A DNA stretch of 64,000 nt from an uncultured Chloroflexia bacterium (GTDB lineage Bacteria > Chloroflexota > Anaerolineae > CG2-30-64-16), in NCBI GenBank assembly GCA_963810095.1, contig CAWEMM010000010.1, positions 253,466 through 317,465 on the forward strand, written 5' to 3'. Numbering within the stretch: position 1 is the stretch's first letter; every line of letters begins with the position of its first letter. Shown one piece after another: positions 60,181-64,000 of the stretch. The position numbers and the translations under genes are program-made. Under the pieces are notes generated by a model. The model was not told the DNA's origin. It searched no databases and saw only the letters and a program-made list of their open reading frames with translations.

Positions 60181-61981
60181 TTACTGTGCCGGCGGCGCGT
60201 TCAGGAATGCGCCGAACAGACTGTTGAAGTAGGTGAAGGTGCCGGTGCGGCCCTTGTGGAGCGGGTTCGCCGCGTCCCACTGGAGCGCCCAGCTGGCGAT
60301 CACGTCCTTGGCATCGAAGTCGGTGCCGTCGTGGAACTTCACACCCTGGCGGAGCTTGAAGGTCCACTCAGTCAGGTCGGCGTTCGCCGTGAACGATTCG
60401 GCCAGCGAAGGTTCGACGGCAGTGCCGCCGACCTTGAAGGCCAGCAGCGATTCGCCCGCCTGCTCGCAGGCCCGCAGCGACTCGCCGTCTTCCTCGTCCG
60501 CGCAGAAGAGGCTGATGGGTTCGCCGTTCTGCATCCAGACGAGCTGTTTGCGGTCGCCCGGCTGCATCACGGAGAAGTTCTCGTTGCCCAGCGGGCTGGC
60601 GTGCGCGCCCGTCACGTCAGCCTTGAAGGCCGTCGCGGAGCCGCCGTGCGCCACGGGCACCATCGGCACGTGCTGCTTCACGAGGTTGTTGGCCTCGGCG
60701 TACAGCTTGTTGCGCTCGGCCTGGTCGGCCGACGTGGCGGCCTTCTTCAGCACCGCCCAAAGATCCTCGAAGCCCTTGCCGAACTGCGGGCTGGCGCCCT
60801 TGCCGAAGTGGTAGTCGAGGAAGTTGGTCTGGTCGGGGTAATCAGCGCCCCAGCCGAGCAGGAAGAGCGGCAGCGTGCCCGTCTTCGCCGTGTCGAGGAA
60901 CGCGCCCGACTCCATCACGTTGATCTCGACGTCGATGTTCAGGTTTTCCTTCAGCTGCGCCTGGATATCCTGCGCCACGAGGCCGGGCTGCGGCAGGTAG
61001 CCGCGCACGACGTCGCGGTATGAAAGGGTCGTCTTGAAGCCGTCCGGCAAGCCGGCCTTCGCCAGCAGGTCCTTCGCGGCTTTCGGGTCAAACTTGTACC
61101 ACGGGTCGCCCTCGCAGCCGCCCGGAATCGGAGCACGGCGTGAAGAAGTCCGCCACCGTCGAACCGGCCGGGTAGAAGTTGTCGACGATGCGCTGCCGGT
61201 CGATGCCCATCGCAAGCGCCTGGCGCACTTCTTCCTTGTCGAACGGCGGCTGCGCGTTGCTCATGCCCAGGTAGAAGACGTTGCGTCGCCTCGCGGGGAT
61301 ACAGCTTCAGCGTAGTGTCGGCCTCGATCTTGGCGAAGTCGTCGGGCGTCGGGTTGTCGATGCCGTCGGTCGTGCCGGCCTGGAGTTCGAGCAGGCGTTG
61401 CAGCGCCTTCCTTAGCCCAGCGGAACACCAGCGTCGTCGGCCTTGGCCTTCTCGCCCCAGTAGTTCGGGTTGGCCTTGAAGGTGATGCTGTCGCCCTTCT
61501 GCCACTTTTCGAGCATGTACGGGCCGGTGCCGATCAAGTTTGTGATCAATTCGCCGGTGCCGCCGGTGGCCTGCAGCTGGTCCGCGGAGTGGATGCCGAA
61601 CGCCGAGAAGGCCGCCTTCGAGGGGAAGGCCACGTCGGGCTGGCACAGCGTGAACTTGACGGTGTACGGGTCGACGGCCTCGATGGACTTGAGCTCCCCA
61701 CCGTAGTCACAGTTCGTTGCGGCATAGCTCGTGTCGGTGATGACGGCCTGGTTGGTGCCGGTCACGGGCGTTGTCGCCGCGACCGTGGGTTCAGGCGCAG
61801 TGGTTGCCGCGGGCGCCTCTGTCGGTTTCGGGGCTTCGGTTGGCTTGGGCGCCTCGGTCGGTGCGGCGGTCGGGGCTGCCGTGGGCTGGGCGGCCGGGGC
61901 GGCAGGTGCGCCGCAGGCGGCCAACATCCCAAGCAACATGACCGTCACGGTCAGCAGGCCGATCAGTTTAAGCTGCTTCAT
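60181..61981 (-). CDS. Peptide ABC substrate-binding lipoprotein (family 5, DppA-like), circularly permuted; four apparent +1 frameshifts
   Basis: Lipobox LAAC; GTGPY, VRQALA, FDPKAAKDLL, GWGADY; LRQGVKFHDG occurs at the C-terminus. Confidence 0.88.
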
Positions 61982-62121
61982 CTTGTAAGTCTCCTCCTGT
62001 CTGATGTGCGATAACATGAACCGTGTCGCCAACGGGCAAACGTTCGGGCGGGTTCCGAGGTGTCGCACCTCCTTTCGAGGTCAGGCCCGGACCATCGCCG
62101 CACAACTTTGTGAGGGACGAA
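61955..62121 (-). repeat. Conserved leader, copy 1 (upstream of the DppA-like gene)
   Basis: Shares ordered sequence blocks with 62960-63131. Confidence 0.8.
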
Positions 62122-62197
62122 CAGGGAGCATCAGGTAAGGCGGCGAAATGACAGCAGCGGCAGAAGCTGTTTTCAGCATCCGCCGCTGCCCAACAGG

Positions 62198-62986
62198 TCA
62201 GCTCGACCCGGCCGGCTTCTTACCGATCCACTTCTCGTAGATCTTGTCGTACTCGCCGGACTTCTTCACGTTCGTGAGCCCCGCGTTGAAGAGGGGGAGC
62301 AGACCCTTGGGGTCGCCCTTCTTCACCGTGAGCGCGTAGACTTCGTTGGTGATGATCTCGGATGCGATCTTCAGCTTGCCCTTGAACTGCTCCGATTGCA
62401 GCGCGTAATTAGCCGCAACGGGTGTGTCGACCACCACCGCGTCCAGGTTGCCGTTGACCAGATCCTGCAGCGCAAGGTCGGGGGTATCGTACTGTTTCGG
62501 CTCGATGCCCAGCTTACGCAGGGCGATGGCGCCCGTCGTCTCGATCTGGACGCCGACGCGCTTGTCTTTCAGGCTGTCGGCGTTCGTGATCGTCGTGTTG
62601 TCAGCCGGCACGACAATGCTCTGGTTCGCATCGAAATAGCCCGTCGAGAAATCGTACTTCTGCTTCCGTTCGTCGGTCACGGTCACGGAGGAAATGATGG
62701 CGTCATACTGGCCCGCTTCGAGGCCGGCAAAAATCCCATCCCACGCGACGTTGTTGACCGTCACGTCAAACTTCTGATCCGCCGCGATGGCCTTGAGCAG
62801 GTCGATGTCCAGCCCCGTCAGGTTCTTCGCGCTGTCCACGAACTCCATGGGCGGGAACGACGCGTCTGAGGCCACCACAAATTTCTTGGCCGATTGTCCC
62901 GGCGCCGCGGGCGAGGCGCACGATACCACGAGGCCAAGTAGCATCACCAATGCGGCCAGCAGGCCAGCCAGCTTGAGCAGCTTCAT
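62198..62986 (-). CDS. Polar/basic amino acid ABC substrate-binding lipoprotein (family 3)
   Basis: DASFPPME, WDGIFAGL, TVTDERKQKYDFS, GVQIETTG, YDKIYEKW. Confidence 0.95.
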   Translation of the reverse strand: MKLLKLAGLLAALVMLLGLVVSCASPAAPGQSAKKFVVASDASFPPMEFVDSAKNLTGLDIDLLKAIAADQKFDVTVNNVAWDGIFAGLEAGQYDAIISSVTVTDERKQKYDFSTGYFDANQSIVVPADNTTITNADSLKDKRVGVQIETTGAIALRKLGIEPKQYDTPDLALQDLVNGNLDAVVVDTPVAANYALQSEQFKGKLKIASEIITNEVYALTVKKGDPKGLLPLFNAGLTNVKKSGEYDKIYEKWIGKKPAGSS

Positions 62987-63131
62987 CTTCTAAGTCTCCT
63001 CCTGATGTGTGGGTGCGATGAGAAAATCAAGGTCGCCAACCCGTTTGCTGAAGGGCAGTTACAGAGGCGCCGATACCCCCTTTCGAAGCCAGGACCGGAC
63101 CACTGCCACCCACGACTCTGTGAGGGACGAA
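62960..63131 (-). repeat. Conserved leader, copy 2 (upstream of the amino-acid SBP gene)
   Basis: Shares ordered sequence blocks with 61955-62121. Confidence 0.8.
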
Positions 63132-63158
63132 GAGTGAACAATGAGCAGAGTAGGGCGC

Positions 63159-63186
63159 ATTATAGCGCGCACGGGGTGAATGTCAA
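63159..63186 (-). promoter_or_regulatory. sigma70 promoter of the ABC transporter operon
   Basis: TTGACA-16 nt-TATAAT. Confidence 0.8.
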
Positions 63187-63413
63187 ACCGGGTTTTCTGC
63201 GCCAGGGCCAGCGGGCAGCTCACGCGGACGTCGCCGAGCCGCGGAAGTGCCTCTCGCGTCTTTGCGCCGGGTTGGGTAGCACCCGCGAGAGAGGCAGGTG
63301 TCGGCGGTCAACAGAACGCAGACGGGGTGGATGACCAGGACGCCCCCGGCAATCCTGTCGATCCACCCCATCTGCGTTGATCCCCGTCCGATAGAACGCC
63401 CTATCGGCTTGGC

Positions 63414-64000
<587 letters not shown>

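Noticed and set aside
60951-61646. Programmed frameshifting or pseudogenisation of dppA and other split genes
   Set aside because: No slippery heptamers or premature in-frame stops; the pattern is better explained by consensus errors

Overview
GC-rich bacterial chromosomal window. Gene content and protein style (PT-rich lipoproteins, YLPLV motif, PA14/LTD and C25 surface proteins) suggest Chloroflexota, probably Anaerolineae/Caldilineae-like; this is an inference. About 60 CDS: an ABC-F/GyrI/TerC/SRPBCC stress cluster, yvcK-GAF-gap-pgk-tpiA, trpB2, an ECF sigma/anti-sigma plus Crp module, a large cell-surface cluster, plsY-rbr-glpKAB-guaB-like-glpC-panE, and nested amino-acid/peptide ABC genes. 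Recognisable cis-regulatory RNAs are a yybP-ykoY riboswitch (terC) and a Trp-specifier T-box (trpB2). No tRNA, rRNA, CRISPR array, integrase or transposase was seen. The most unusual signals are: (1) a circularly permuted DppA-family binding protein; (2) a duplicated conserved 5' leader in front of two unrelated binding-protein genes (candidate new cis-regulatory RNA); (3) an ExeM/NucH nuclease with all catalytic residues replaced, next to an intact C25 peptidase; (4) a ~2 kb insert bounded by a diverged duplicate of the yjbQ 3' end; (5) a leader-peptide attenuator on the ABC-F gene; (6) an IMPDH-like gene lacking the flap Arg-Tyr inside the glp operon; (7) a PARP-type zinc-finger microprotein; (8) several families of intergenic palindromic repeats. 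Many conserved genes carry single-base frameshifts that look like consensus/assembly artefacts.
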